The notes: a model not told the origin generated them from the sequence alone. A stretch of DNA of 64,000 nucleotides from Squalus acanthias (GCA_030390025.1 CM059430.1:4030001-4094000); one strand, 5' to 3'. Counted from the stretch's first letter, positions 1-11,635 are shown. A program made the numbers and translations.

Positions 1-432
1 ATAGGCAATTTGACGATTGGAGCAGGCGGGGGGGGGTGGGGGGGGGGGCGGGGGGAGGAAATCCAGAGCCTCTTCTGCGGAGCCAAGCTAGCCGCAGTAA
101 GTAAAAGGTGATTACGGGGATGGGAGTTAGACTGTTGATCATGCAATGGGAAGAGTTGATTTTTGTGGGGCCAGAGCCTTTTTTTAAAAACTCGATACGC
201 CCATTGGTAGCTCAAAATTACATCGGGGTGCTGTTACTATCACATGGGCTGTTGCGGCGCCTGCCTGTTTCTGGTGGCACCCGGGTCCGCCATTTTAAGG
301 TCCCCGCCAAAATGGCGGCAGCAGGAACGGGGCAGGCAAGTGCCATGCCACTTTTTTTTTTAAACGGTGAGAGTGTAGTGCATGAAGTTCACTCTCCAGA
401 AACAGGATCTCAGAGTGAGTGAAAACCATCAC
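1..432. mobile_element. Probable decayed non-autonomous DNA transposon (MITE-like) fragment, cut by the window edge
   Basis: Locally GC/CpG-rich. Shares the motifs TTTTTGTGGxGxCAG and AAAATGGCxGC with the TIR element at 34949-35590, and ends in AAAACCATCACC, similar to that element's terminus. Confidence 0.35.
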
Positions 433-653
433 CTGTGAATGACGAGTATCTTTGAGGTCGCCACAGTTTTCCCATTACCATGAAAAGGTCCGACTGCAAC
501 AACATGCTCAGCCTTTCAGTACAATCGTGAATGTTTCAAATGCAAGTTCAAGTTAAAAAAAAAGCTCAGAGAGATGGCGTAGCTTTGCGTTCAAGGTGTG
601 GACAGAATGTCACATTACAGTAGAATTTGGTCACAATTGACCAGACTAATTAA

Positions 654-742
654 TGAATCATAGAAATTTACAGCACAGAAGGAGGCCATTCAGCCCATCA
701 TGTCTGTGCTGGCCGAAAAAGAGCTATCCAGCCTAATCCCAC
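654..742 (-). mobile_element. CR1-type LINE 3' end fragment
   Basis: ATCATAGAAATTTACAGCACAGAAGGAGGCCATTCAGCCCATC closely matches the 3' end of the ORF-bearing CR1 at 9828-9875. Confidence 0.75.
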
Positions 743-809
743 GGATGGCACAAAGAGGAAAGTGAAATAATGTGGGTTCTACTGTAGAGCAATTTTCCTC
801 ACAATTTCT

Positions 810-1166
810 TTTTTTCCCCCCTCTTTGCCTCCTGAACTCTCAATGCTGGAGTATGATTTCGCAGTCCCCAGCAACTTCCCCACCCCCGTATCACACTCAA
901 GTGATCATTCTTCATCAGTGGGCCTGGTGTTGATGGGAGTCATAGCCCGGCCTAATTCTGTCTTCACCCAACATCTACAAGTGCACTTTCCAGCAGGGTG
1001 TCACTGGATGGTGATCAATGGTGGGAATCTCGGCTAATTTTCATTCGTCCTTAGTTCAGGAACATTGAGACCAGTTGTGGTGGCCCACCGCTGCCCAATG
1101 TGAGATCAGCAATCTCAGCACAGACCTGTGATCAACCCAGGAATCTTCCTGGTGGAGATGTTTTCA
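810..1166 (-). mobile_element. Unclassified ~400-bp SINE-like repeat, copy 1, with its head interrupted by a hairpin insertion
   Basis: Reverse complement shares the blocks ACCAGGAAGxTxCCxGGTT, ATCCAGTGAC..CTGCTGGAAAGTG and ATGAAGAATGxxCACTTG with 3680-4085, 11270-11635 and 40335-40735. Confidence 0.65.
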
Positions 1167-1391
1167 AAATTGAGAGGTCGCACAACACCAGGTTATAGTC
1201 CAACAGTTTTATTTGAAATCACAAGCTTTCGGAACTATCGCTCCTTCCTCAGGTGAAGTCCAATTTACTTCACCTGAGGAAGGAGCGATAGTTCCGAAAG
1301 CTTGTGATTTCAAATAAAACTGTTGGACTATAACCTGGTGTTGTGCGACCTCTCAATTTTGTCCACCCCAGTCCAACACCGGCATCTCCGC
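1167..1391 (+). mobile_element. Penelope-like element pLTR-derived inverted-repeat insertion with hammerhead motif
   Basis: Perfect 95-bp inverted repeat (1165-1259 / 1267-1361) with a 7-nt loop and a 30-nt unpaired tail. Flanked by the direct repeat GAGATGTTTTCA (1155-1166, 1392-1403). A homologous copy lies at 44602-44816. Confidence 0.8.
1270..1307 (+). ncRNA. Minimal type I hammerhead ribozyme-like motif (mirror copy on - strand at 1219-1256)
   Basis: TCAC-CTGAGGA-A-GGAGC(GATA)GTTCC-GAAA-GC-TT-GTGA. Reads as stem I, CUGANGA core, stem II, GAAA, palindromic AAGCUU in place of stem III, UH site, and the stem I partner. Confidence 0.65.
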
Positions 1392-1865
1392 GAGATGTTT
1401 TCAGCAGAGAAACCTTTACGATGACTCATTATGCAATGAGCCACAATTCAATAAGCCAGTCACTTTCTTCAGTAACTGTTACTGCAGGTTAGTGGGGTTT
1501 CGATTAGATCAGTCATTTAGAGGGCGGTGTGAATACTCTCACCTAATGGACAAGAAGATAATAAAGTGGTTTAGTATTGGGAGATGACGTGTGAACTGTG
1601 ATAATGGACTGGGGCTGATTTTTTAAAAAGTAACCATCAGATAGCAAGTACATGGAGAGGGAAAAATTGGGAATTATAAATAATGGGGATGACTTTCATC
1701 TCATTACCTCCTCCTGGTGTACACTGAAAAATGGGAGGTACTGATGCAAAGATAAAGCAGCTGCTAGCCCCGCCCAATTTACCGCTGCTTTTATATAGTC
1801 TGATTTTTGGGTGGGAAGGAACTTCATGCGTAAATCTTTATTTCATACCAATCGCAGAGACTCAC

Positions 1866-2106
1866 CAACTTCTATCATTGAATCAGATATCCTCAGCAGC
1901 ATGCTAAACGGTGACTTGAAGTAAATAGGATTACAGCCAATCATGCTCAGAGGTGAAGCTGCGAGCAAAATTAAGCGAGCAGATATCCCCCAATGGCACA
2001 TTTCATTCTGCTTGCCAACTTGCATCCCACCAATTCCCTTGGCTAAAATTCCTACTCTGCCTTTTCTCTTCATCATGCCCCTCACTTTCCACAATGCCCC
2101 TTCCAA
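1866..2106 (-). other. Candidate exon end of the host gene (5' boundary unknown)
   Basis: Consensus donor TTG|GTGAGT at 1866/1865 lies near the end of ORF 1843-2106. No good acceptor found and the protein is not recognised. Confidence 0.2.
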
Positions 2107-3127
2107 TGCTATGTACCTTTCTCTATTTTAGCTGTGAGCTGATAATCTGTTCAAGGTCTCCACCAACACACCCATTGCTGGGAGGTGCAGAAGAGGAGCC
2201 TGGGCTGATTCATCTGTGATTTTTCTTTCCTTCTAAACAGAATCACAAGCACTGGATCTGTGAAATAGTGCATTAAAATAACAATGCTTTCCCCTCTAAC
2301 CAGCACTAATTCTTTTCACTTTTGTCGCATTAGACTGTTCCTTTTTTTCAAAAAAAGGCTTTATTTTAAATCTCCAATTTTCTTTTTCAACTTCAATTTA
2401 CCTAATTAGGAGGTCTCCTTCCAGAACATTCTAAGCCAATGGTGTCTCACACTCTGCCGCGAGTGTGTGTCGCACAATTGGCTAACTTTGAGCATACTTG
2501 CACTGGGCTGCAAGCATCAATGAGCACAGCTCTAAGATACTAATCTACATCTACCTTGGTTGGGAGACAGACCCTTCTTTCCTATGCTGACTGTCGGGCT
2601 GCACCAGTTGATCAATTTTACAGGGGATTTATAATATACCACAGTCTGAGAAGATTTTTCTCAGTTTGAAGAAGTGTGTTTTGTAGAACAGACAAAAAGG
2701 ACACCAATCCTCTCAACACAATGAGGAACAACTAATAGCCAGGGTATAAATAAAAAAAGGTGAGCATTATAAATTAAAAAATATCTATATGATACATATA
2801 TAAGCTAAAGCTAGTCTAATTAACTTTTTCAGAAGACTCGAGAAGCACAATCTCAGCACTTAGTACTTTCCACTGCTGCCCCAGGGCATCACAACTGCTC
2901 CTATGCAATTACCAAGTCTCACAACCTCATAATGCTGCAGAGTTTATTAAAGCTTGTATTAAAAGCAGCTTTACAAAAAAAAGCTGCCTCACTCCACAAA
3001 TTATGTTATGTTACCGAGTTCATCAGCCTACTGGCTGATTTCTTTTAAAGTATCTTTCAATCATCTTTGTGCTCCCAAGCCTTCCCATCAGCCACCACCC
3101 TTGCCTTGGCAGCTGAACATGACTTAC

Positions 3128-3199
3128 CATCACAAGAGGTTACTTAGGAAGGGAATCTATCCTGACCTTTGCTGACACGGTGAAACGTTCCCATGTAAA
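3128..3199 (-). other. Candidate 72-nt non-coding exon
   Basis: Acceptor ttattgctctatctcag| and donor ATG|GTAAGT. Stops in all three frames. Confidence 0.3.
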
Positions 3200-3679
3200 C
3201 TGAGATAGAGCAATAAGTAGTGTAATTAGCTGCAGGCCAGTAATTGCGGATCCAAATTGCACTGGACAAATAATGTGAGGATTACCATTGGGACTTTGAA
3301 GGGTCTTAACCCACAGTCCAAGGCATATGCTGACAAAAAACACTCGGCTACTTTTGTTTCATCAACTTGCTATACGTAAATCAAGAATCAAGTATTCCTG
3401 ACTGATAAAAATCAGCAAACCAACCTTCAAGTTTTTGTACTGTACACATCTGTATGGGGGAAATCCATGGAGACTATAATATGTCTTGTGGGTCCCAGAA
3501 GGCAACACCTGTTTGCTTCAGTGTGACTATTATTACTTTTAATTAGCAGCTTCCAGCAACTCAGCATTTTTTTGTGTGCTGAGAGATTCTCTCAGTGCCA
3601 CCTAACAACTAAGCAATACTTGTAACTATGTGGAAAACTGCTCCTACCTTTTAGAGAATAAAAAATCTCCACTCTGCCG

Positions 3680-4085
3680 ACAGCTCACTGAGTTCATTCA
3701 GTAAGTAGCTGAGCCCTACAGACCAGGAAGGTGCCAGGTTTGATCCCCTGGTCTATGCGGAGGTGGCTAGCTTCAGCCAGGGTTGCAGTTAGGGCATTAG
3801 AATTTGCCCCGTTGCCCTGCGTTAAGGAGGGAGAAGAATAAAATTCAGCAGGAGTCCCATTCCTTATGCTTACTGGAAGTGGTTATGTGTGGACATCAGG
3901 GAAAGACAGAATGAGGCTCAGTTGCGATGCCCCTCATAGTCAAATGACCTGCAGATGCTCAGTGCCGAGGTACATGAATAACGTCCACTTGGGCAGAATA
4001 ATGGAAGGCAACGAGTGCCCATGGAACTAGACCTTGACTTAGGAGGCAAATGTCTTCAGGAGGAGTAAATTGGCAGAGGAAAGTT
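3680..4085 (+). mobile_element. Unclassified ~400-bp SINE-like repeat, copy 2
   Basis: CAGACCAGGAAGGTGCCAGGTTTGATCCCC (B-box-like) plus body blocks shared with three other copies in the window. Confidence 0.65.
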
Positions 4086-5734
4086 TTAAAAAAAAGTTAA
4101 GGCAGCTTTAACCAAGATTTGTTAGTGCAATCACTCCACGTCATCCTCTCACACATTGGAGAGTGTCCTCCCTTCCCCTCAAAAAAACAATGTATGGGGA
4201 AAAAAAACCCTGGAGACCTGTTAACCATGTCATCGCAACAAAAACCGCTCATCTAATGCACTAAAATAGTCCCGGCCCTGCGATGAGAGATGTTAGATGA
4301 TTGGACTGAGACAACAGTTCAGCATTTTTATCTAGGTTTAACTTGGTAGTGATTCTTTTAAATCAGTCACAGTGCACAAGAAGTTAAAAGCTAGCTGCAT
4401 TCAGAATCAGGTCCCCAGCCTAACTCAGTACAACGCTGTGTAGGCTGCTGGGTCGGTTTGGTCTCTGAGCAGATAACAAGCGCTGAGCCAAGCCATACAA
4501 TTCAAACACAAACAACAGGATGATTGGTTCACTTATGCATATGACTGTAGCTCCTTTTGAACTTAGCAGATAGTTATTCAAATCCATGACGACCCAACAA
4601 CAAGTTTGGGGGTATTTAATTATCTTGGACTGTTGCAATCAGAAAATTAGTCTGGAACTTCAAAAGAAATTAGTCAGACCACTTAGCTCCTCTAGTTGGT
4701 AACATTATAAGAAAATAACAACTACGTATATATGAAAGTTAATTATAAAATGTTTAGTATCTAGACTGCAATCCACTTACTCTTTTTCTTGTTTTGAGGA
4801 TTTAGCATATTCTAACATCTGCTGCCGCATGAGGTGAGCAAGAGGGAGTGGTGGCCTGTTTGCCACTTCAGGACAACTTCCCCAAAGGACAGCAGGTCAG
4901 GAGAGCAGCCACAATCAATGTCATATGCAATGCCCACAGGAACTAGGAACAGACATGAAAGAAAGTGCTGCAAGTTAAGGAAGCTGGCAAGGTAAGGCTA
5001 TCCGGCCGTCTCATTCACCAGGTACATGGCCCATATGAGCACAGCACAGAGTATCATCCGGCAACCTCGCATAGTTACTGCTCGACCTTTCGTGGCTGAT
5101 CATGCATACCCATAAAGGCACACATTACAGCTGCAACTTACAAGTGAAAGTCGTGGGCCAGACACACCTTCATAACACATCCTAGAGGCAGGGTCATTTA
5201 ATGACACTCAGAATGGGCTGCAGATTCGCACGCATCTTGGCGGATGCACTTCTCCAACTTACCGTATGCCAAGGCTACTTATCTGCTCGCACTACAAGAA
5301 GGCACGTAATACAAGAGAACAGACATGAACTGGAATAGGGTTTAGAAATTACAAGTGCTAGACTCCCTTGGAGGAGAATACTCTGGACAACCTTGTCCAT
5401 AAAAACATATTGAAGGAAAAAAGAGAAGTTGATGTCAAAGGTTTCTGCCAAGCTATGGACTAGTGTCATCCAGGTCTTAGGTTTTTCCCTCCCTCTCGCT
5501 CACTGCCACAATGCTGTATTCCATGCAACAACAACAACAACATCTTGCACCTTCCAACCGAGCTGGTATTTTAAAAACACCAACAGCATACTCAGTTAGT
5601 GTTTTAAAATGCCAGCTTAGTTGGAAGGTGCATGAAGGACAGCATTGTAACATTAGCCACTTTTCAGTCATTGTAGACCTGGAGGACTAGCCTTCCAGCA
5701 AGCCATTAAGTTGTATCACCACCTTCGCAGGACA

Positions 5735-5795
5735 ACCAGGGATGGGTAATAAATACTGGCCTTGCCAGCGATGCCCACATCGCAAGAATGTAAAA
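5735..5795 (+). mobile_element. LINE 3' tail fragment
   Basis: AGGGATGGGTAATAAATACTGGCCTTGCCAGCGATGCCCACATC matches the reverse complement of 37975-38020, the 3' end of the LINE at 37956-38630. Confidence 0.7.
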
Positions 5796-5864
5796 GGACA
5801 TGACAACACCTCTGCATCTTTCTCACCCACTTTGCAAACAGCAGACCAGCTTTATACATCTTAG

Positions 5865-6965
5865 ATTCACAGATAATACTAAAGAGGAGGCGGAGTAAGT
5901 AATTCTAAGGACCAAAGGAAGCTGCAAGGGGATATTGATAAGATGATGGAATAGGAAAAAAAGTGGCAGATGTAATTCAATGTCAGTAAATGTGTGATGG
6001 TGTACGTTTGTTAAAAAAAGTATATTTTGAATGGGCAAAGGTTATTTAATGTGGAAGAGCTGAGGGATTGAGGGCGGTGGGGTTGGTCAGGTTTACAAGA
6101 CCTTAAAAGTAGCACCTGAAATGCATCCAGCCAAAAAAATTCTAATGGAATACTGGGTCTTATGGCAAGAGTTGTCAGCCATGGCTCAGTTGGTAGCACT
6201 CTCGCCTCTGAGTCTGAAGGTTGTGGGTTCAAGTCCCACTCCAGAGACTTGAGCACAAAAATCTAGGGCGACACTCCAGTGCAGTACTGAGGGAGTGCTG
6301 CACTTTCTGAGGTGATGAGACGTTAAACCAAGGCCCCATCTGCTCTCTCAGGTGGATGTAAAAGATCCCATGGCACTATTTCAAAGAAGAGCAGGGGACA
6401 TCTCCCTGGTGTCCTGGCTAATATTTATCCCTCAACCTACATCACTAAAAAAAGATTATCTGGTCAATTATCACATTGTTGTTCATGGGAGCTTGCTGTG
6501 CGCAAATTGGCTGCTGCGTTTCCTACATTACAACTGCAACTTCACTTCAAAAGTACTTCTTTCGTTGTAAAGCGCTTTGGGACGTCCTGAGGTGGTGAAA
6601 GGCGCTGTATAATTGCAAGTCTTTCTTTTATTCCTTTTTAAAATATAAATTCGAGATATAGTGGTGAATCTATATAAAACTTTAGTAGGATCACAAATGA
6701 ACCAATTTTGGGCTCCACACTATAGGAAGGATGTTGAAACAATGGAGCGGGTACAGGGAAGATTCACTAGGATGCTGCCCGGCATGAGGAAATACAAATA
6801 TGAAGGAAGACTAGAAAAATTAAGGCTGCTTTGAAGGAATGGGGAATAAAGAGACATGGCAACAGGGTGGGAACATGGGATTAGGACTACTGCTTGTGTG
6901 GAGGATAAACACCAACATTGTGGATCAAACAGGCTGTTTCTGTATTGTAATTTCTATGTAATTCT
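5865..6965 (+). mobile_element. Decayed CR1 LINE 3' portion, interrupted by a SINE
   Basis: Degenerate coding for the CR1 motifs KLQGDIDK, KWQM*FNVSKC, NLYKTLV and PHYRKDVETMERVQGRFTRMLPG, ending in a TTCTATGTAATTCT-type tail. Confidence 0.75.
6174..6630 (+). mobile_element. Near full-length tRNA-head Deu-domain SINE (SacSINE1/AmnSINE1-like)
   Basis: A box TGGCTCAGTTGG (6182) and B box GGTTCAAGTCC (6226). Central GATGAGACGTTAAACC..AAAGATCCCATGGCACTA..GGTGTCCTGG, L2-like tail AAAGCGCTTTGGGA..GCAAGTCTTTCTTT. Homologous to 45925-46323. Confidence 0.8.
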
Positions 6966-7490
6966 GTATAGTTAGCGAGCTTGATGAGGTTGACTTGAGC
7001 GAGTCAGGGAGCACAGAAGAGGAAGAGAAAATAATAGTGCCAGAGTACGAGCAGGAACACTATCAGGATCGCCCTATACTTTGGGAAATCCAACAGTGTG
7101 GTGACCTTGGGTAGCTCTATCATATTCCTGTTACGTGTCACTAGGAAAGATGAAATTGCTAGCCATGCTAACTGATGCACCCATTAGTTGTTTCATGCAT
7201 TTGTGGGCAGCACATTGGTCTACAACGCAGATAATGCCTATGCTACACTGGAAGGAAGCATAAACAGAAAAAAAGTTGAGCACACTGGTAACCTTGCCTT
7301 CCACAGACAATGCCAAACCTTATGAAGAGTCACTGACATCCAATAATTATACTTGGTGAAACACTTCTACGTCCAGCACAGCACCTAGCAATCCTGGACT
7401 CGTGTCTTATCTCATTCCCAGCCAACGATTATCCCTCAACCAACATCACAAACAGATTATCTGGTCATTTCATCTGAATTTTTTTTAAAA

Positions 7491-8194
7491 AGCAACAAAA
7501 CTACTTCCTAACTGCAGAGGCAGATTCTATTACAGAGCAGAAAACTGTATGTTCATACAATAATATTCCTGGTCAACAATTATCCCTCAACCAACATCAC
7601 TCAAACAGCTTACCTGGTCATTTATCACATTGCTGTTTGTAGGACTTTGCTGTGCGCAAAGGGGCTCCCGCATTTCCCTACAACAGTAACTACACTGTTT
7701 ATCTGGTGTAAACACTGAGAAACTGCATGGACGTCTAACAATGTTACATCCACTTCATCAACACATTACAGTTGAAACAGGTGGTAGCTTCCTGCGCCCA
7801 TCAAGAAATGTGCATGAAATGCGAGATCACTTCGCCCCAATGACACCCATTTATTGGGTATAATCAATCAGAAAATCCAAACTTTAGAGTGTCAATTCAC
7901 TTCTGATTAATCAACAGAATTAGCAGATGTTCATGTCATATTAAATATGGAAGAATGGACTCAATTCAATTACAATGCTGAATAAAACAGCAACAAAACT
8001 ACTTCCTAACTGCAGAGGCAGATTCTATTACAGAGCAGAAAACTGCATGTTCATACAATAATATTCCTGGCCAACAATTATTCCTCAACCAACATCACTC
8101 AAACAGATTATCTGGTCATTTAGCTCATTGCTGTTCGAAGGACTTTGCTGTGCGCAAATTGGCTGCCACATTTCCCTACAACAGTGACTACACT
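7491..8194 (+). repeat. ~205-bp direct duplication (7491-7696 and 7989-8194) joining unique sequence to a Deu-SINE 3' half
   Basis: Both copies start AGCAACAAAACTACTTCCTAACTGCAGAGG, offset 498 bp. The second continues into the SINE tail to ~8275. A further SINE scrap lies at 7415-7475. Confidence 0.85.
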
Positions 8195-9499
8195 TCAAAA
8201 GGTACTTCACTGGCTGTAAAGCGCTTTGGCACTTCCTGAGCGTGGGAAAGATGCTCGAAAAATGTAAGTTCTTTTTTTCAATATTATTATGACCTTCAAC
8301 TTAATAATGAACATATATTAGATTTTTTTTTTAAATAACAGGCCTCAGTACCTCAGGTTCCTGTCCCTAATCTTTATGCAATAATTGCTGCTAAAAGGTG
8401 AACGTGTATGGATAAGACTGAGCTTGTCTGTGATGCCCCCTGCAACCAAGCATACTGCCAATACCCAATATCTGGACTCACAGATCAATGCCCTTTTGGG
8501 CAAACTACTAAATGTCTGTAGAACCAAAGAGTCTTTCAGGAGAGGAAGGAGAAAACAATAACAGCAGGGGCTCATGCAAGAGTAAGCAGAGTTTAACTGG
8601 CGGCATTTATTGCTGCAGTCAAACAGTTTTAAGTGAACAGGGTAAATGGTCTAAATTACAAACATCTTGTACCAAATTAAATAGAGAATCCGTGCAACAT
8701 GTTCTAGGGCGACATCTAGAAATTGATTCTTGATCACTAAACAGAGGTAGCAGTACATCCTCAAGCAGTGCCTTGGTCTGATCTGCTCCAATTCTCGGTC
8801 GAATGTAAAAGTGCTCTTCTCTCCTTCAGCTCAATGCCAATGTCAAAATCTGGCTCTGTGCCAATCTAACTTACTTTCCAGTGTTCCCACGTTGTCATTG
8901 CAAAAATACTCCAAGCTTGAATCAAGGAAAGCTAGTGTTCTGTTTATTTTGCTCGGTCTGTTCACACCAGTTTAGTTAGGATTGGGGGGCAGGGGGGGAG
9001 AAAGAGAGACAACTCAAAGGGGCTGCTTTTGATTTGTACTGACTCCTAACAGTTGGAAAACTATCGAACAGGTCTCTTATATTTTTCCTACCACACTTTA
9101 ACCTCAACATGCTGACATATTGACGTGGAGTTTCTCCACAATGTCGCTCCCAGGTTGTATAGCTTGCACTTCAACGGAACTGATATGTAAAAATAACTCT
9201 GGGCTTCTCCAATACTTCTGGCAATGATTCCACTCTGTAGGCAGCCAGTGGAACCTTTTGCCAATTAATACTTCTTTCTGGCTAAGTACCTCAGTTTTGC
9301 CTAACCCTGTAACTGATGACCCAAATACTCAACAAATCCAACTGAATCCAAGGGTGGAACTCCAATGAGTACTCTCTGCCTGCTTCACACTGACCGAGGC
9401 CACCAATCACCTACCTAGTGCAGTTTGAACTGCGCAACTATTTCGCAACAAAAATATTCTTCATATTCCTTTTTATTATGTGCATGGCATTCACAGAGC

Positions 9500-9770
9500 A
9501 CATGCTATTCAGAGTAGATTATTACTTGAAAAGCCTCCTTCACTTGAGGCTATAATTTCAACACACATGTTAACCAATGTTATTCCATAATGTCTACACT
9601 GCCTTGGGATAATCCAAATAGAGTTTCTGAAAGAAATTCTCCTAACATCTCCCTTTGTTCTGTAGGTGATGATCTTAAACTTCTGCCCTCTAGTTACCAA
9701 CTCACCAACCACTGGAAATAGTTTTTACTGACTTACTTATCAAAACCTCTCTTAATTCTGAACACATAAT
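9500..9770 (-). mobile_element. Decayed CR1 fragment
   Basis: ORF 9509-9712 contains TRGQKFKI..TKGDVRR, like the CR1 ORF2 C-terminus. DNA resembles 9985-10115. Confidence 0.6.
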
Positions 9771-9827
9771 TCGAAAGTATTGCTACTCCTTTTAGTATAT
9801 CTGTCTTTTCCTTATGCTTCCTCTCAA

Positions 9828-10515
9828 AATCATAGAATGGTTACAGCACAGAAGGAGGCCATTCAGCCCATCGAGCCCGTGCCGGCTCTCTGCAAGAGCA
9901 CTTCAGCTAGTCCCACTCCCCCTGCCCTTTCCCCGTAGCCCTGCAATCTGTGTATTCCAGATCAGAACCACTCGCTGCGTAAAAAAGTTTTCTCTCATGT
10001 CGCCTTTGGTTCTTATGCCAATCACCTTAAATCTGTGTCCTCTGGTTCTTGACCCTTCCGCCAATGGGAACAGTTTCTCTCTATCTACTCTGTCTAGACC
10101 CTCATGATTTTGAACATCTCTATCAAATCTCCTCTCAACTTTCTCTGCTCGAAGGAGAACAACCCCAGCTTCTCCAGTCTATCCATGTTACTGAAGTCGC
10201 TCATCCCTGGAACCATTCTCGTAAATCTTTTCTGCACCCTCTCCAAGGCTTTCACATCCTTCCTAAAGTGCGGTGTCCAGAATTGGACACAATACTCCAG
10301 TTGAGGCCGAACCAGTGTTTTATAAAGGTTCATCATAACTTCCTTGCTTTTGTAATCTATGCCTCTATTTATGAAGCCCAGGATCCCGTCTGCTTTTTTA
10401 ACTGCTTTCTCAATCTGCCCTGCCCCCTTCAACAATTTGTCCACATATACCCCCAGGTCTCTCTGTTCATGCACCCCCTTTAGAATTGTACCCTTTAGTT
10501 TATATTGCCTCTCCT
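9828..10515 (-). mobile_element. 5'-truncated CR1 LINE (ORF2 C-terminus and 3' UTR)
   Basis: ORF 10094-10564 contains RDLGV, LYKTLVRPQLEYCVQFW, LERVQKRFTRMVPG and LGLFS.EQRKLRGDLIE, the typical CR1 post-RT motifs. ATTCTATGAT-type tail at 9828. Confidence 0.92.
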
Positions 10516-10539
10516 TGACTGATAAAGAAATTGTGGCTG

Positions 10540-10685
10540 CGATACCAGGAGACCATTTCTTCAATGTCTACTGTCTTCTACTGTCATGGGATCTTTCACA
10601 TCTGTATGAGCAGTCAGACACAAGGCTTGAAACCAAGACAACCCAATTCATAAGCAAGAGTGCTACCAATTGAGCCAAGCTGACC
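10540..10685 (-). mobile_element. Decayed Deu-SINE 5' fragment
   Basis: Reverse complement reads GTCAGCTTGGCTCAATTGGTAGCACTCTTGC and GATGTGAAAGATCCCATGACA, matching 6174-6380. Confidence 0.65.
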
Positions 10686-11269
10686 GTCCAAGCTGCTGCT
10701 GGAGGGCTTATTAAATAGCCAGAACCTTCAGTTTCTAGAAGACTGAACAAGGCCACCCCACTCAGAGAACCCTGGAGTTCACATCTACCTTATCTCACCT
10801 GAAATTAAATCAGCAAATGAGCTTCTCTCCTGCTAAAGCAAACAGTCCATGGACAGCTGGTAAAGCATTCCCACAATCTGTCCATTTCAGTGGTCAAAGA
10901 TAGAAGACATACAAACAGTTAACGAGGAGCCAGCCCACCACCATGGCAATGACTTTAAGCAATTGATAAAATATAAATAGACAATATCTGATCTTCTCTG
11001 GGTGGTATCTATAACCCACATCTGTTCCTGTTGGTGTGTTTGAATTACTAAAACCTTACTGTAAACCACTTACTAAATGGACTACTGTATCTTGTATAAA
11101 TATCTACAGAAAATACACATACCTTGACTGCTTCACGGTTAGAAATGGTTACTATTTCCATATAGTCTAAGTTGCATAAAAATATTAAAAGGGGCAGAAT
11201 TTCTCTTTGCCTATATAGAAAATTAAAAGCTCCCAATAGTTTCATGGTAAATACATCCCCTGGTACAGA

Positions 11270-11635
11270 GTTAATCCATATGGACCAGAGGCTCCCAGGT
11301 TCAATTCATGCACTTAGCAGATCTCAGTCAAGTTAGCTGTTGGGGTTCTACATTGGGCCTTCGCACTCCAAGGGGGTAATTTTGAATTTTGGCAAAATGA
11401 CCACCACCACCCGCACCCCCCACCCTTCCAGGGTTCCTGTGCGCAATTGCTATCCAGTGATTCCGGTTAGAAAGCACACGTGTAGGCATCGGGCTTTGTT
11501 GCACTGTCTCTCCATGGTTGGTTAGCATGCCAAGGCTGAGTGCTTAGGCTCATACATGAAGAATGACCAATTGGCTGAAGTGAGGCCTGGCAACACTCAT
11601 ACAACTGTATCACAAAAAGAGTCAATGTCTGTGGG
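11270..11635 (+). mobile_element. Unclassified ~400-bp SINE-like repeat, copy 3
   Basis: GACCAGAGGCTCCCAGGTTCAAT, GCTATCCAGTGA and ACATGAAGAATGACCA are shared with the other copies. Confidence 0.6.

Noticed and set aside
1165-1361. Pre-miRNA or transcription terminator
   Set aside because: A perfect 95-bp stem with TSDs and a second dispersed copy indicates a mobile element.
6174-6245. tRNA gene (also 45925-45995 and 38700-38766)
   Set aside because: The A/B boxes run directly into a SINE body and tail, so these are SINE heads.
10049-10673. Plus-strand ORFs of 104-144 aa, and likewise the minus-strand ORFs at 45347-45849
   Set aside because: They are antisense shadows of LINE ORF2 fragments.
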